From: Omnitrophica WOR_2 bacterium GWF2_43_52
GTDB lineage: Bacteria > Omnitrophota > Gorgyraeia > Gygaellales > UBA12090
Direction: 5' to 3'
Length of the DNA stretch: 64,000 bases
NCBI GenBank assembly: GCA_001805445.1
Contig: MHGF01000029.1
Location: 68,270 to 132,269, forward strand
Positions within the stretch are counted from its first letter, which is position 1. Each line of letters opens with the position of its first letter. The translations under genes and the position numbers were made by a program. This document shows positions 10,429 through 20,771 of the stretch, one piece after another. The notes beneath the pieces are model-generated. The model was not told the origin of the DNA, did no database searches, and saw nothing but the letters and a program-made list of their open reading frames with translations.

Positions 10429-10538
10429 TAAGCACGAATTAATACGAATTGCACACGAATCAAAAGCCGAATTACCACAAATAAAAAACGAGATTTAATT
10501 CGTGTGTATTTGTGTGTAATTTGTGCAAATTCGTGTTA
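10429..10538. repeat. Junction hairpin, CACGAAT family copy 3
   Basis: Five cacgaat-like units, then four att(c/t)gtg units. Confidence 0.9.
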
Positions 10539-10591
10539 AATGTAAAGCTATTTATTCGTTTGTATTAACCAAGCAGAGAAAGGGGTTATCC

Positions 10592-11584
10592 ATGGTAAAA
10601 GTGTATTATGACAAAGACGCGGATGTGAACGTGTTAAAAGATAAAGTGATTGCCATTATCGGTTATGGAATTCAGGGAAGAGGCCAATCTTTATGCCTGA
10701 GGGATTCAGGCTGTAAAGTGATAGTTTCGGAAGTTGAGGGTACGCCTAATTACGAGCAGGCAAAGAAGGATGGGTTTAGCCCCTTGAGCGCAAAAGAGGC
10801 ATGCGCGAAGGCTGATATTATCCAAATTCTTACTCAAGACCATGTGCAGGCAAAGGTATACAAAGACGCGGTTGAGCCAAGCCTTAAAAAAGGTAAAGCT
10901 CTTTGTTTTTCGCACGGGTTTAATATCCATTTTAAACAGATTGTTCCGCCAAAGGATGTGGATGTGTTTATGATTGCCCCGAAAGGGCCGGGCGCTTTGG
11001 TAAGGAGGATGTATGAGGAAGATAAAGGAGTCCCGTCGTTAGTCGCGATTTATCAAAATGCAAGCTCTCAAGCGCTGAATATAGCCCTTGCCTATGCCAA
11101 GGCATTAAAGGCAACGAAGGCCGGGGTAATTGAAACTACTTTTGAGGAAGAAACCGAGACAGACCTTTTCGGGGAGCAGGCGGTGCTTTGCGGAGGAGTT
11201 ACCGAATTAATCAAGGCTGGTTTTGATACGCTTATCGATGCCGGATACCAACCGGAAATTGCCTATTTTGAGGTTTTGCACGAGCTTAAGCTTATTACCG
11301 ATCTGATTCAGGAGCGGGGTATCAGCGGAATGCGCAGGGGGGTTTCTAATACCGCCTGCTACGGAGACTTAACCCGAGGCCCGCGAGTTATCAATAAAGA
11401 AACGCGCAAAGAGATGAAGAAAATCTTAAAGGAGATTCGGACAGGCGCATTTGCTAAGGAATGGATCAAAGAGAATGAACGGGGAAGGCCCAATTTCAAT
11501 AAGCTTATGCAAGAAGGCGATAATCACCCCATCGAAAAAGTGGGGGCGCAATTGCGTGAAATGATGCCGTGGATGAAAAAATAG
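10592..11584 (+). CDS. ilvC: Ketol-acid reductoisomerase
   Basis: [43 protein letters not shown]; true start ATG 10592 after gaaagggg. Confidence 0.97.
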   Translation: MVKVYYDKDADVNVLKDKVIAIIGYGIQGRGQSLCLRDSGCKVIVSEVEGTPNYEQAKKDGFSPLSAKEACAKADIIQILTQDHVQAKVYKDAVEPSLKKGKALCFSHGFNIHFKQIVPPKDVDVFMIAPKGPGALVRRMYEEDKGVPSLVAIYQNASSQALNIALAYAKALKATKAGVIETTFEEETETDLFGEQAVLCGGVTELIKAGFDTLIDAGYQPEIAYFEVLHELKLITDLIQERGISGMRRGVSNTACYGDLTRGPRVINKETRKEMKKILKEIRTGAFAKEWIKENERGRPNFNKLMQEGDNHPIEKVGAQLREMMPWMKK

Positions 11585-11616
11585 CGCTAGGGTTAAAGAG
11601 GCTTTAAACGGATAAG

Positions 11617-13575
11617 ATGAAAAAATGGTTAGGGATAACCTTGGTTTTGGCGCTTGGGTCGGCTGCGGTTTTTTATTATTATAGTATATCGCGCCAACCA
11701 AAGATTAGTTCTTTAGAAAGCTTGGTTCCTGACGACGCGCTTTACTATGTGTATGCGTATAATCCCGCCGAAAAAATAAAAAATATTTCCTCTTCCTCGT
11801 TTTTTCGTCAGTTATCAGCATCTTCGGTGTATGAGAAAAGTATCAAACCCCAGATAGAGAAGCTACGTGCAAAGGTTCCTTTTCTAGCCGATTTTACCCA
11901 GCGTGATACGGCTCTTGCGGTCTTTTCTCTGGGAGGGGAAAAGATCTCCGCTGCGGAGAGTGGCATTGGAGATTTTCTTCTCTTAACGCGCGTGGATAAC
12001 AAAAAACATGTACGCGTCAAAAAGGCAATTGCTGATTTCTATCTTTTGTTTACAACCAAAGATAAGAGTGCGCATAAAAAATACAAGGGAATAAGTATCA
12101 CCAGTTATACTTTGCCTGCTTTAGCAATGTCCGTGCACGCTGCCCTTATCAGCGATGTAATGATTGTCTGTAATAGCAAGCTGTATATTGAAAAAAGCAT
12201 CGATTTATTCAGGGATAAAGAGCATCATGGCAGCCTGCTTACCGCGTCCGATTTCCAGAATGCTACCTCAAAAATCAAAAAAGACGCTTTATGCTGGGGC
12301 TACAGCAATACCAAACGCTATTATCAGGAAATTCTGCATCACTACGCGTCTAATAGGCTTGGCTCACAGCAGTCTAAAGAAAAATCCATAGAATCGTTTG
12401 CCGCTATGAAGCCGATGGTAGAGCTTATGGATACGTTTGGCGGCCAGGCATTTTATATCGATTATGCTGAGGCGAGGGCCGGTTTTGTCTTTAAATCATA
12501 TGCCCTGCTTAACAAGAACGCCGGTGAGGCCGGTTTACTTGAGGGTATCATTTCCGATAAAGGGGTGGACCCGCGGGTGAATTCGCTTGTGCCCAGGGCG
12601 CCTATCCTCTATTACGCGGGCAGTCAGAATTTCCCTGCTAGCTGGATATTTTTAAAGAAGTTTTATTCTTCCTTTCAGGAGATGCTAAGAGCAGAGATGA
12701 AAAATGACCCCCGTTACCAAGGGCATACAGGCCAGTTAGAAAACATGAGCTTTGAGGCCGTGTTGAAAACGGTGGAGTCGTTTTTAGGGGTGAATATAGA
12801 GAATGATATCGTTTCTTTATTGGGAAATAATTTTGGAATGGTGCTGGTTGATTTGAAAGAGAGTAATATCCGGCAGGGTGTTTCAGGATTAGAGCCTGTA
12901 GCAGAGCACAGTGTAGGCGCGGCTATGGTATTGCCGCAATTCTATATCTTTTGTGAAGTAAAGGACAGCGTTAAAACACAGGCAGTGTTAACACAAGCGC
13001 TTGAGCATCTTTTGGATACCGCGAACGCGTTCGTGCAGCAGATAGAAAAGGCGCAGGCGCAGCAGGCTCATGAACAGGCTGTACAGGGAGTCCAGACGCA
13101 AAAGCCTCTCTTGGCGTTAAAGAGTGATGACTATGGCGGCGTATCTATCTACAGTATCGATATCCCTGGTTTTCCCATAGAGGAGCTTAAGGTAAACTAT
13201 TGTGTTGTGGATACGTATGTTATTTTTTCATTATCTCCAGACGTAACCAAAAGAGCCATCGATGTCTATAAGCATACGCTGGGTTCTTTTGATTCAAACC
13301 TGTATTTTGAAACTGTAAAGGCTACTTTGGGTGAATCTTATTCTTACATGCTCTATTTTGATGTAACACGGTTACTCGATAATCTGAGATTAATAAAATC
13401 CTTTAGACAATGGAAAAATAGCCTTACACCAAATACAAGGGTTGATTTTTCAAAGGAAGACATTGATGGCCTTTTAGGTATAGCTAGTAACATCAAGGCG
13501 TTAACGATGGCCTATACCTTATCCGAAGGCAAGTTCCTGGAATCTTCGGGATATATAGAGATAGAAGGGTTGTAA
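11617..13575 (+). CDS. Hypothetical membrane-anchored protein (DUF3352-like)
   Basis: N-terminal TM, LVP..ALYY pattern occurring twice, 652 aa; family call tentative. Confidence 0.65.
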   Translation: MKKWLGITLVLALGSAAVFYYYSISRQPKISSLESLVPDDALYYVYAYNPAEKIKNISSSSFFRQLSASSVYEKSIKPQIEKLRAKVPFLADFTQRDTALAVFSLGGEKISAAESGIGDFLLLTRVDNKKHVRVKKAIADFYLLFTTKDKSAHKKYKGISITSYTLPALAMSVHAALISDVMIVCNSKLYIEKSIDLFRDKEHHGSLLTASDFQNATSKIKKDALCWGYSNTKRYYQEILHHYASNRLGSQQSKEKSIESFAAMKPMVELMDTFGGQAFYIDYAEARAGFVFKSYALLNKNAGEAGLLEGIISDKGVDPRVNSLVPRAPILYYAGSQNFPASWIFLKKFYSSFQEMLRAEMKNDPRYQGHTGQLENMSFEAVLKTVESFLGVNIENDIVSLLGNNFGMVLVDLKESNIRQGVSGLEPVAEHSVGAAMVLPQFYIFCEVKDSVKTQAVLTQALEHLLDTANAFVQQIEKAQAQQAHEQAVQGVQTQKPLLALKSDDYGGVSIYSIDIPGFPIEELKVNYCVVDTYVIFSLSPDVTKRAIDVYKHTLGSFDSNLYFETVKATLGESYSYMLYFDVTRLLDNLRLIKSFRQWKNSLTPNTRVDFSKEDIDGLLGIASNIKALTMAYTLSEGKFLESSGYIEIEGL

Positions 13576-13580
13576 GCCAC

Positions 13581-15089
13581 GTGGAAAAAATAATTATTTT
13601 TGATACGACACTCAGAGACGGCGAGCAGGCTCCGGGAGCTTCTTTAAATCAGAAGGAAAAGCTGGATATTGCCTTTGCGCTTGAGAGGCTGGGAGTTGAT
13701 GTGATAGAGGCAGGGTTTCCTATTTCGAGCCCGGGAGATTTTGCCGCTGTTTCTCTGGTTGCAAAAGAAATCAAAAAATCTGCGGTCTGCGCCTTAGCGC
13801 GGGCTATCCCTAAAGATATTGATAGTGCCTTTCAGGCAACAAAAAAAGCACGCCAGGCGCGCATCCATGTATTTTTGGCGACATCGAAGATACATATGCG
13901 GTATAAGCTTAAAAAGGCTGAAGATGAAATCCTGCGTTTAGCGGTAAAAGCAGTCAAATACGCGCGGAATCTATGCGGAGATATTGAATTTTCTCCGGAA
14001 GATGCTTCGCGCACGGAAAGGGAATTTCTCTTTCGAGTTGTTGAAGCCGTAATTACCGCGGGTGCCAGGACAGTCAACATTCCCGATACGGTTGGCTACA
14101 GCGAGCCTTTTGAATATGGCAATGTGATAAAGTCTCTTAAGGAAAATGTTCCTAATATCAGCCGAGCCGTTATTTCGGTGCATTGTCATAATGATTTGGG
14201 CCTCGCGGTGGCTAATTCATTGGCGGCAGTTCAAAATGGCGCCCGGCAGGTGGAATGTACTATCAATGGAATCGGCGAGCGGGCGGGGAATGCCTCAATG
14301 GAGGAGATCGTCATGGGGCTCGTGGTGCGCCGAGACAGATTTAAAGCAAAGACTTCAATTAATGCCAGGGAGATTTATAAGACATCGCGCCTGGTGAGTA
14401 AATTGACCGGTTTTGTTATTGCCCCAAATAAGGCAATCGTGGGGCTTAACGCCTTCAGGCACGAGTCGGGAATCCACCAGGATGGTGTGTTAAAAAAAAG
14501 GGCTACGTACGAAATAATCCGCGCGGAAGATGTTGGCTTTAAGGTTGAAAGTTTGGTATTGGGAAAACACTCCGGACGCCATGCCTTTAAGGAAAGGCTT
14601 CTAAAGCTCGGCTACAAACCCAATGATCATGAGATAGATGAGGTATTTAAGAAATTTAAGGCCTTGGCAGATAAGAAAAAGCAGGTTTTTGACGATGATA
14701 TCATGGCGCTTATACAAGAGGAGATTGAAGGGAAGGTGCCTGAGGTCTGGCGCCTGAACACCTTTGTCATTAGCTCAGGTAATCGTATCCAGCCGAGCGC
14801 GCGGATACGCCTTGTTTTTAGAGGAAAGATTTTTGAGAACACCGCATCCGGGGATGGCCCCGTAGATGCCTGTTATAAGGCGATAGAGGGGATTACCCGC
14901 GTGAAATGCCAGCTTTTGGATTATAGTTTACAATCGGTGACCCGAGGTGAAGACGCCCAAGGAGAAGCGAGCGTGCGCCTCAGATGTAATGGTAAAGAAA
15001 TTTCCGGCAGGGCAAGTTCTACCGATATTATAGAGGCTTCAATAAGGGCGTATTTGCAGGCGATTAACAAAATAGTCTTTGCAAAATAA
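13581..15089 (+). CDS. leuA: 2-isopropylmalate synthase
   Basis: FDTTLRDGEQAPG, HCHNDLG, GERAGNA, HESGIHQDG, GDGPVDA. Confidence 0.96.
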   Translation: MEKIIIFDTTLRDGEQAPGASLNQKEKLDIAFALERLGVDVIEAGFPISSPGDFAAVSLVAKEIKKSAVCALARAIPKDIDSAFQATKKARQARIHVFLATSKIHMRYKLKKAEDEILRLAVKAVKYARNLCGDIEFSPEDASRTEREFLFRVVEAVITAGARTVNIPDTVGYSEPFEYGNVIKSLKENVPNISRAVISVHCHNDLGLAVANSLAAVQNGARQVECTINGIGERAGNASMEEIVMGLVVRRDRFKAKTSINAREIYKTSRLVSKLTGFVIAPNKAIVGLNAFRHESGIHQDGVLKKRATYEIIRAEDVGFKVESLVLGKHSGRHAFKERLLKLGYKPNDHEIDEVFKKFKALADKKKQVFDDDIMALIQEEIEGKVPEVWRLNTFVISSGNRIQPSARIRLVFRGKIFENTASGDGPVDACYKAIEGITRVKCQLLDYSLQSVTRGEDAQGEASVRLRCNGKEISGRASSTDIIEASIRAYLQAINKIVFAK

Positions 15090-15141
15090 GCTTTTTTCAC
15101 GGCGATAGTCAGATTCTTGCTTATGTTAATGGTATTTGGTG

Positions 15142-15335
15142 CTAGTACACCGTTAGATTAGTTTTTATTAGTGTAACGGTGTACTAAAAGGAGCGTGGGG
15201 AAAAATTTCCCCTACGATTGAGGGGTGCTCATCCGCCGTAGGCGGAGAACGCCGAAGCCCCACAAAAGGCGGGATTAGCGGAAGTGCGGAGTTAACTTCG
15301 CTATACTACTAAGAATTAAGTTGACAGAGCACTAG
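15142..15335. mobile_element. MITE-like composite palindromic element with CTAGT ends
   Basis: Left ctagtacaccgtta (13-bp inverted repeat 15143-15186), internal hairpins, right end ttgacagagcactag. Confidence 0.55.
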
Positions 15336-15337
15336 GC

Positions 15338-15790
15338 ATGGATTCACCATACAGATTAAAGAAATGGTTCGTTCTTCTCGCAGTTTTTGCTTCTCTACTG
15401 TTTATTGCAAGTAAAAATCTGCAGCAGGATGGAAAAGATTTGCTGGAAACTGTTAATATTTATCTTGCTAATATAGGCACGGCATTATACCCTGAAAGAA
15501 GAATACCTATTTTCCTTTCTGATAGAGAAGAAAGTTTAAGAGGAATAATAGGTGAACCTTTTATCAGTTTTCAGCAGGAAGACTGGAAAAACTTCTGGAA
15601 TATACTTTATGGGGTGTTTCCCCTAGAACATCCAGAGAATACCCGTTTGCCTACAAAAGTAAGGCAACTTACTTTTGCTGAAATTGAGCTGCGTTTGAAA
15701 GAGGAGTATCCTATTCTTAATGATTTTTATCAAGAGCAGTGGCAACAGTTTTTGCAAATAGCGTTTGGTAAAAAGCTTGAGCGTGAATGA
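15338..15790 (+). CDS. Hypothetical protein with N-terminal TM
   Basis: 150-aa ORF overlapping the aroE start (ATGA); internal repeat FQQEDWKNF / FYQEQWQQF. Confidence 0.75.
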   Translation: MDSPYRLKKWFVLLAVFASLLFIASKNLQQDGKDLLETVNIYLANIGTALYPERRIPIFLSDREESLRGIIGEPFISFQQEDWKNFWNILYGVFPLEHPENTRLPTKVRQLTFAEIELRLKEEYPILNDFYQEQWQQFLQIAFGKKLERE

Positions 15791-16638
15791 AAATGGAAAA
15801 CTCTCCCTCTCTCTACGGCTTGATAGGATATCCGGTTACCCATAGTTTATCCCCGGCTATGCATAATGCCGCATTTAAGAAGTTAAAGCTCAATGCGGTG
15901 TATATGCTTTTTGAGAAATCAAAAGAAGAATTTTCTGGGGCGCTTACGCAATTAAAACTCATGAAGGTAGCCGGATTCAATGTTACCGTTCCTTATAAGG
16001 AAATGGTTATTCCCTATGTGGATGAGTTGGATAGCCTGGCCAAACAAATCGGAGCGGTAAATACTGTCGTTAATACAAGAGGCCGGTATATCGGCTATAA
16101 TACGGATGCCGCGGGCTTTATTGCCTCTCTTAAAAACGATTTGAAATTTAGCCCGAGGGCAAAAAATGTGTTTATTATAGGCTCCGGAGGCGCTGCCAGG
16201 GCAATAGGTTTCGCGTTAGCCAAAGAAAAGGCCAGCACGATTGTTTTCTATGATGTGGCAGCGGCTAAGGCCAAACAATTATCAAGGGCTATTCAGAACG
16301 CGTTTCCAGCGTGCAGGGCTTCGGCAGCGGAGTCTGCTAACTCTGATGCGTTGTCCGTAAGTGATTTATTAGTGAATGCGTCTGTCTGCGGTATGAAGAA
16401 AAACGATCCTCTCCCTATTAATACCGCGCTCTTGCCTAAAAGTATGGCTGTGTATGATATTATCTATAATCCTTCACCAACGAAGTTAATCAAAAAAATA
16501 AGAGCACAAGGTATGCGAGGGTGTAACGGCTTAGGGATGTTGCTTTACCAGGGAACCGCGGCATTTGAGCTCTGGACTAAGCGTAAGGCTCCTCTTGCTA
16601 CGATGCGTAACGCGTTAGTAAGGGCGTCACATCAATAA
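15787..16638 (+). CDS. aroE: Shikimate dehydrogenase
   Basis: HSLSPAMHN, NVTVPYK, GAVNT, GYNTD, GSGGAARA, GMLLYQG. Confidence 0.96.
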   Translation: MKMENSPSLYGLIGYPVTHSLSPAMHNAAFKKLKLNAVYMLFEKSKEEFSGALTQLKLMKVAGFNVTVPYKEMVIPYVDELDSLAKQIGAVNTVVNTRGRYIGYNTDAAGFIASLKNDLKFSPRAKNVFIIGSGGAARAIGFALAKEKASTIVFYDVAAAKAKQLSRAIQNAFPACRASAAESANSDALSVSDLLVNASVCGMKKNDPLPINTALLPKSMAVYDIIYNPSPTKLIKKIRAQGMRGCNGLGMLLYQGTAAFELWTKRKAPLATMRNALVRASHQ

Positions 16639-16650
16639 GGCGAAAATGTG

Positions 16651-16689
16651 GGTCAATAGTCTATAGACTATTGACCATAGACCATCGAC
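16651..16689. repeat. Junction palindrome, TAGTCTA/TAGACYA 7-mer family copy 1
   Basis: Perfect 26-bp palindrome ggtcaatagtctatagactattgacc plus two extra right-arm units. Confidence 0.9.
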
Positions 16690-16704
16690 GAGCATGTTTT
16701 TAAT

Positions 16705-17526
16705 ATGACCATGGAAAATTCCATTAACGTATTTGTTTTTTTATTAGGCAGTATTTTTGGCAGTTTTTTAAACGTTTGTATCTTCCGGATGCCTTCGGAA
16801 GGGTATTCCTTGGTTCGCCCTTCTTCGCACTGCCCGCTCTGTAAGAAATCGATTCTTTGGTTTGATAATATTCCTATCATAAGTTTTCTTTTTCTCAAAG
16901 GCAGATGCCGGTATTGCCGGGAACGGATATCATTTCAATATCCTTTGATAGAAGCATTAACCGCAGTTATCTTTCTCGCCGGATATGCCCACTACGGCCT
17001 GTCATTTAATTTCTTCGTGTATGCGGTATTTGCCTGCGGCCTTATCGTTGCTACGTTCATTGATATCAGATGGCGTATTATTCCTGACGAAATTTCGTTG
17101 GGAGGGATAGTGGTTGGCATACTCTTCGCGCTTATTAAAAGCCTTCCTCACCTTAAGAAAATAACGCAGAGCCCTTTAATGGATTCTGTGATTGGCGCGC
17201 TTGTCGGAGGGGCATTGATTTATGGAAGCGGCCTTTTGGGGAACCTTATCATTTTTAAGCTGATGAAGAAAGGGCCCATAGAAGGCGAAACCGAATCTAT
17301 GGGCGGCGGAGATGTCAAGCTCTTGGCAATGATCGGCAGTTTTATCGGCTGGAAGCTTACTGTCCTCACCTTTTTTATTGCCCCTTTTTTTGGCGCGGTA
17401 GTAGGCGTCTATATTTTACTTTTAAAGAAAAGCCACTTGATCCCTTATGGGCCGTTTCTTTCATTAGCGGCACTTATATCTCTTTTCTGGGGTAAAGATA
17501 TCCTGCGTTTTTTCTTTCCCTACTAA
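16705..17526 (+). CDS. pilD: Type IV prepilin peptidase
   Basis: GSFLNVCIFR, CPLC/CRYC, ID..W.IIPD, MGGGDVKL, IPYGPFL. Confidence 0.94.
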   Translation: MTMENSINVFVFLLGSIFGSFLNVCIFRMPSEGYSLVRPSSHCPLCKKSILWFDNIPIISFLFLKGRCRYCRERISFQYPLIEALTAVIFLAGYAHYGLSFNFFVYAVFACGLIVATFIDIRWRIIPDEISLGGIVVGILFALIKSLPHLKKITQSPLMDSVIGALVGGALIYGSGLLGNLIIFKLMKKGPIEGETESMGGGDVKLLAMIGSFIGWKLTVLTFFIAPFFGAVVGVYILLLKKSHLIPYGPFLSLAALISLFWGKDILRFFFPY

Positions 17527-17532
17527 CCTGTC

Positions 17533-18339
17533 ATGGAAGAGCCTTCCCGCCACAATACAGAAGAATCCGCTCAAGGTTTTCATGATGTTTCAGAAGGGCC
17601 GGTAGCCTTCGCTGAAGAAAAAAATGAGCGCCTGCAGCATTCCTTTTCGAAAAAAGTCGGTAAGGCGATTTTTGATTACAACATGATTGATGAGGGCGAC
17701 AGGATTCTCGTTGCCGTATCCGGAGGGAAAGATTCTTTAGCCCTTCTTAATATTTTGCACTCTCGACTTAGCTTCAGCCCTATACGCTATAGCGTGATTG
17801 CTGTGCACGTTGATTTAGGGTATCAGTGCGTGCATCCAAAAATATTGGAAACGTATTTCGCGCGCTATGGCTATGAATATAAAATAGTAACGGTCGATAT
17901 CTTAGAGGGCGGCTGTAAATCCCGTAAGGATATTAGCTGTTTCTGGTGTTCATGGAATAAGCGAAAAGCCGTTTTTGAAACCGCAAAGGCGCTTAGCTGT
18001 AATAAAGTTGCCTTCGGCCACCATAAAGATGATATTGCCGAAACCATTCTTATGAATATGTTTTTTAATTCAGAGATTTCGGGAATGAACCCTAAACAGG
18101 TTCTTTTCAACGGGGAGCTTACCTTGATCCGTCCTCTTGCGTATATCGATGAGAGTGAAGTTGCCGCTTTTGCCAGAACACAGGCATTTCCGGAGCATGT
18201 TTGCTCCTGCCCCAACCATGCTACTACTAGGCGTAATGAGGCCGCTAAAGTTATCCAGATGATAGAAAAATCATGCCCTGAGGTAAGGACGAATATCGTT
18301 GGTTCCCTTAAGCGCATTAAAAAAGACTATATCCTTTAA
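17533..18339 (+). CDS. ttcA: tRNA 2-thiocytidine biosynthesis protein (TtcA family)
   Basis: PP-loop SGGKDS, CFWC, GHHKDD, IRPL, CSCP. Confidence 0.88.
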   Translation: MEEPSRHNTEESAQGFHDVSEGPVAFAEEKNERLQHSFSKKVGKAIFDYNMIDEGDRILVAVSGGKDSLALLNILHSRLSFSPIRYSVIAVHVDLGYQCVHPKILETYFARYGYEYKIVTVDILEGGCKSRKDISCFWCSWNKRKAVFETAKALSCNKVAFGHHKDDIAETILMNMFFNSEISGMNPKQVLFNGELTLIRPLAYIDESEVAAFARTQAFPEHVCSCPNHATTRRNEAAKVIQMIEKSCPEVRTNIVGSLKRIKKDYIL

Positions 18340-18400
18340 GTCAACCGCAGGTTAGCGCTTTCTCAATACTACGGGTTGTTGGTTATAAGAGAAAATACAG

Positions 18401-18636
18401 TAGTGCATTGTTACATAAGTTCTTTGATAGATATGATGGTAAAAATGGGTCCTGTCCAGGTTATGTTTTCGCGGGGACGTTCGGCTTGCTCCTGCGGCAA
18501 GCCTCACTCGGCGTAAATTTCTGCGCTCCGCCTGCGGCGGAGTCCAAGCCGCAGAAATTTCCGTACGCCCCGCTCAAACACAACCCGGCCACCCATTTTT
18601 ACAGCTATTTTAAGAAACTTATGTAACAATGTAGTA
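18401..18636. mobile_element. MITE-like palindromic element A
   Basis: Terminal inverted repeat tagtgcattgttacataagtt / aacttatgtaacaatgtagta; long internal pairing and nested hairpins. Confidence 0.75.
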
Positions 18637-18788
18637 GTACACCGTGACATAAATTTCTGTTATATAGGGTGGAGATCCTGTCAAGGTTATGTCTTCGCCC
18701 GCCTGCGGCGAGGCTCACACATAACCTTGCCACCCCCGCTTTCAAGATAGAGCGCGGTAGCATGAATTTATGTCATAACGCCGTAGTA
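18635..18788. mobile_element. MITE-like palindromic element B, sharing a TA with element A
   Basis: tagtacaccgtgacataaatt ... aatttatgtcataacgccgtagta; internal aaggttatgt/acataacctt inverted repeat. Confidence 0.65.
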
Positions 18789-18814
18789 CCAAGGTTTTAT
18801 CTTGAGAAAGCCGG

Positions 18815-18823
18815 TGGTATAAT
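18815..18823 (+). promoter_or_regulatory. Extended -10 promoter element for rmuC
   Basis: TGGTATAAT 14 nt before ATG 18838. Confidence 0.5.
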
Positions 18824-18837
18824 AAAAAAGATGAGGT

Positions 18838-19812
18838 ATGATGTGGTTAAATAGCGTATTATTTTTGTTATCTGTTGTTATTATCGCGCTTTTATTTTTT
18901 AAAATTTCCGCGCAGACTAACGCGCAGCTGCATGCCGTTACGGCACAGCTTAACGAACGCCTGAAAGAGATGTCTTTGGCAATTCAGGAAACACAGCGGG
19001 GCGTTGGCGAGCGCCTGGACACTACTGCCGGCATTATCGGCAACCTTCAGAACAGCTTAGGAAAGCTCGAGCAGACAAATAACCAGATATTTGAAATAAG
19101 CAAGGACATCTCCGGCTTGCAGGATTTATTGCGGGCGCCTAAATTTCGAGGGGAGATGGGAGAGACTATGCTCGGGAATTTACTATCACAGGTATTACCC
19201 AAGGACCATTACAGGATGCAATATTCGTTTAAATCCGGCGAGACCGTTGACGCGGTTATCTTTTTGGGCGCTAACCTTGTTACCATCGACGCGAAATTCC
19301 CTTATGAAAATTTCAAGGCCGCGGCGGCGGCAGCCAATGATGAGCAGAGGACCCTGTACACTAAAAAATTCGTCAATGATGTGAAGAACCGTATCAACGA
19401 AATCGCTTCCAAATACATTGTTCCTGACGAAGGAACCTTTGACTTCGCGCTGATGTATATTCCCGCGGAAAATGTATACTATGAGGCAACCATAAAGCAG
19501 GAGCTCTTAAGTTATGCCCTCATCAAGCGAGTCATCCCTGTTTCTCCAAATACTTTCTATGCTTATTTACAGGTGATTTGCCTGGGGCTCAAGGGGCTGC
19601 AGGTTGAGCAGAACGCCAAAGAAATTCTCGCGCATTTAGGCCGGTTGCAACAGGATCTACTACGCTTTAGCGAAGATTTTCGTCTTGTTGGTTCGCATAT
19701 TAAGAATGCCCTGCAGAAATACGCAGATGCCGAAAAACGCTTGGATAAATTTCAGGATAAATTGGATCTTTCTCCCTCAGGAATGAATACGGGCATTGAA
19801 GCCAAAGGATGA
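18838..19812 (+). CDS. rmuC: DNA recombination protein RmuC
   Basis: N-terminal TM, coiled coil, RGEMGE, IDAKFP, KYI...GT.DFALMYIPAE, VSPNT. Confidence 0.92.
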   Translation: MMWLNSVLFLLSVVIIALLFFKISAQTNAQLHAVTAQLNERLKEMSLAIQETQRGVGERLDTTAGIIGNLQNSLGKLEQTNNQIFEISKDISGLQDLLRAPKFRGEMGETMLGNLLSQVLPKDHYRMQYSFKSGETVDAVIFLGANLVTIDAKFPYENFKAAAAAANDEQRTLYTKKFVNDVKNRINEIASKYIVPDEGTFDFALMYIPAENVYYEATIKQELLSYALIKRVIPVSPNTFYAYLQVICLGLKGLQVEQNAKEILAHLGRLQQDLLRFSEDFRLVGSHIKNALQKYADAEKRLDKFQDKLDLSPSGMNTGIEAKG

Positions 19813-20033
19813 TTCTTAAGGTTAAAGTTATCCCAAGGGCAAGGCGTAATGATATTAAGCTCTTGGGCGAAGATTCATTAAAGATCCATCTTGTCGCGCC
19901 GGCAGTAAGCAATAAAGCTAATGAGGCATTAGTTGAAATACTCGCTCACTATTACACGGTTAAGAAGAACCAGGTGTGGATAGTTCGTGGGAAGCATTCG
20001 CGGAATAAAGTAGTGGAGATCAATGCGAGGTAG
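19809..20033 (+). CDS. DUF167 (YggU-like) protein
   Basis: VKVIPRA, AP...KANEAL, IVRGKHSRNK. Confidence 0.88.
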   Translation: MILKVKVIPRARRNDIKLLGEDSLKIHLVAPAVSNKANEALVEILAHYYTVKKNQVWIVRGKHSRNKVVEINAR

Positions 20034-20191
20034 TAACATGTTAGAATCGGGTATTGGGAAATCAGGAGATTAGGATTTGGAGATTGGGAAATTGGAAGAT
20101 TAGAAAAAAACCGGCATTTAGTTCCTAATATCCTGATTCCCTGATTACCAAATCCTAATTCCCCGATCTCCCGATTTCCGTATTTAACATG
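20031..20191. repeat. Junction hairpin, 8-mer GGRDATYR family copy 2
   Basis: catgttagaatcgg...attaggatttgg... pairs with ...ccaaatcctaat...ccgtatttaacatg; begins on the DUF167 TAG stop. Confidence 0.9.
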
Positions 20192-20225
20192 GTTAAATTA
20201 CCATATAGTATAGGAGGATAAAGGT

Positions 20226-20771
20226 ATGGGCAAAAAGGTGATGGGCGTAATGTTTTTTTTATTAACCTTTATTTTGGGAGGGCAGATAATGGCGCAGGCA
20301 CAGCAAAAAGTCGTCTTAGAAACAAATCAGGGAAATATCGTGATAAAGCTTTTTCCTGATGTCGCGCCAAAGACCGTTGAAAATTTTACCGGTTTGGTTA
20401 AGAAAGGCTATTATAACGGTATTATTTTTCACAGGGTAATTAAAAGTTTTATGATTCAAGGCGGAGATCCTACCGGAACAGGCATGGGAGGAGAATCGAT
20501 CTGGGGTAAGCCGTTTGAGGATGAGGTTTCAAAGGATGTCGTGTTTGACCGTAAAGGCCTGCTAGCTATGGCGAACGCCGGCCCAAATACCAATGGCAGC
20601 CAGTTTTTTATTACGACCGCGGCTACCCCGTGGCTTACTATGCGCCATACGATTTTTGGCGAGGTAGTAGAAGGATATGAGGTAGTTGAAAAAATAGAAA
20701 ATTGCCAGACCGGCCCTTCTGATAAGCCTGCTTCTGAACAGAAGATTATCAAGGCGTATATACAGGAATAA
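20226..20771 (+). CDS. Cyclophilin-type peptidyl-prolyl isomerase, exported
   Basis: [31 protein letters not shown]; signal peptide. Confidence 0.95.
   Translation: MGKKVMGVMFFLLTFILGGQIMAQAQQKVVLETNQGNIVIKLFPDVAPKTVENFTGLVKKGYYNGIIFHRVIKSFMIQGGDPTGTGMGGESIWGKPFEDEVSKDVVFDRKGLLAMANAGPNTNGSQFFITTAATPWLTMRHTIFGEVVEGYEVVEKIENCQTGPSDKPASEQKIIKAYIQE

Noticed and set aside
18408-18854. ORFs 18408-18626 and 18669-18854
   Set aside because: They coincide with palindromic elements A and B and have no RBS or protein-like motifs
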